Source: a virus | Taxonomy: Duplodnaviria > Caudoviricetes | IMG/VR virus record: IMGVR_UViG_3300002835_000001 | Location: 233,652-297,651 of that record | Length of the DNA stretch: 64,000 nucleotides | Reading direction: 5' to 3' (one strand) | Shown: positions 63,952-64,000 of the stretch, in pieces | Numbering within the stretch: the stretch's first letter is position 1 | How the letters are laid out: each line of letters opens with the position of its first letter | The notes under the pieces: model-generated | Seen by the model: the letters and a program-made list of their open reading frames with translations, nothing else | The model's database searches: none | What the model was told of the DNA's origin: nothing | Made by a program: the position numbers and the translations under genes

Positions 63952-64000
63952 TCCACCCACAGAAAGAAAGACCTCAACGAAAGTTGGGGTTTTTTTATGT

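Noticed and set aside
1-64000. CRISPR array
   Set aside because: No regularly spaced repeat-spacer structure was seen.
1-64000. Stop-codon reassignment, as in some large phages
   Set aside because: Conserved genes are intact in the standard code. TAG and TGA terminate genes (e.g. 42336, 54053, 13741). No suppressor tRNA was seen.

Overview
This AT-rich window is from a large T4-like (myovirus-type) jumbo phage of the bS21-encoding kind, with a probable Bacteroidota host. The host call rests on repeated TTTG-N19-21-TAnnTTTG promoters, a Flavobacteria-like bS21 and a tmRNA tag starting with Gly. Left to right the window holds: (1) the 3' end of ribosomal protein bS21, convergent with portal, large terminase and head-assembly-type genes; (2) a nucleotidyltransferase, KTSC protein, Hsp20 and a ClpC-like ATPase; (3) an RNA repair module (kinase, Rnl1 ligase, cyclic-phosphate receiver domain); (4) an 11.7-kb minus-strand cassette of secreted and outer-membrane proteins (CsgG-like, paralogous beta-barrels, C-type lectin/dockerin/cohesin proteins, lipoproteins) bounded by a ~33-bp direct repeat; (5) an RNA-gene region with 14 tRNAs, a 151-nt tRNA-like RNA with an 82-nt variable arm, a ~795-nt ornate ncRNA (GOLLD-like), tmRNA plus smpB, and several structured spacers; (6) a glycosylation locus; (7) lysis genes and a large set of late genes that share an N-terminal leader peptide and a TATTTATA upstream motif; (8) an HNH endonuclease, a G/C-run element and a stand-alone RNAP alpha-CTD. 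All calls come from reading motifs by eye. No database searches were run.
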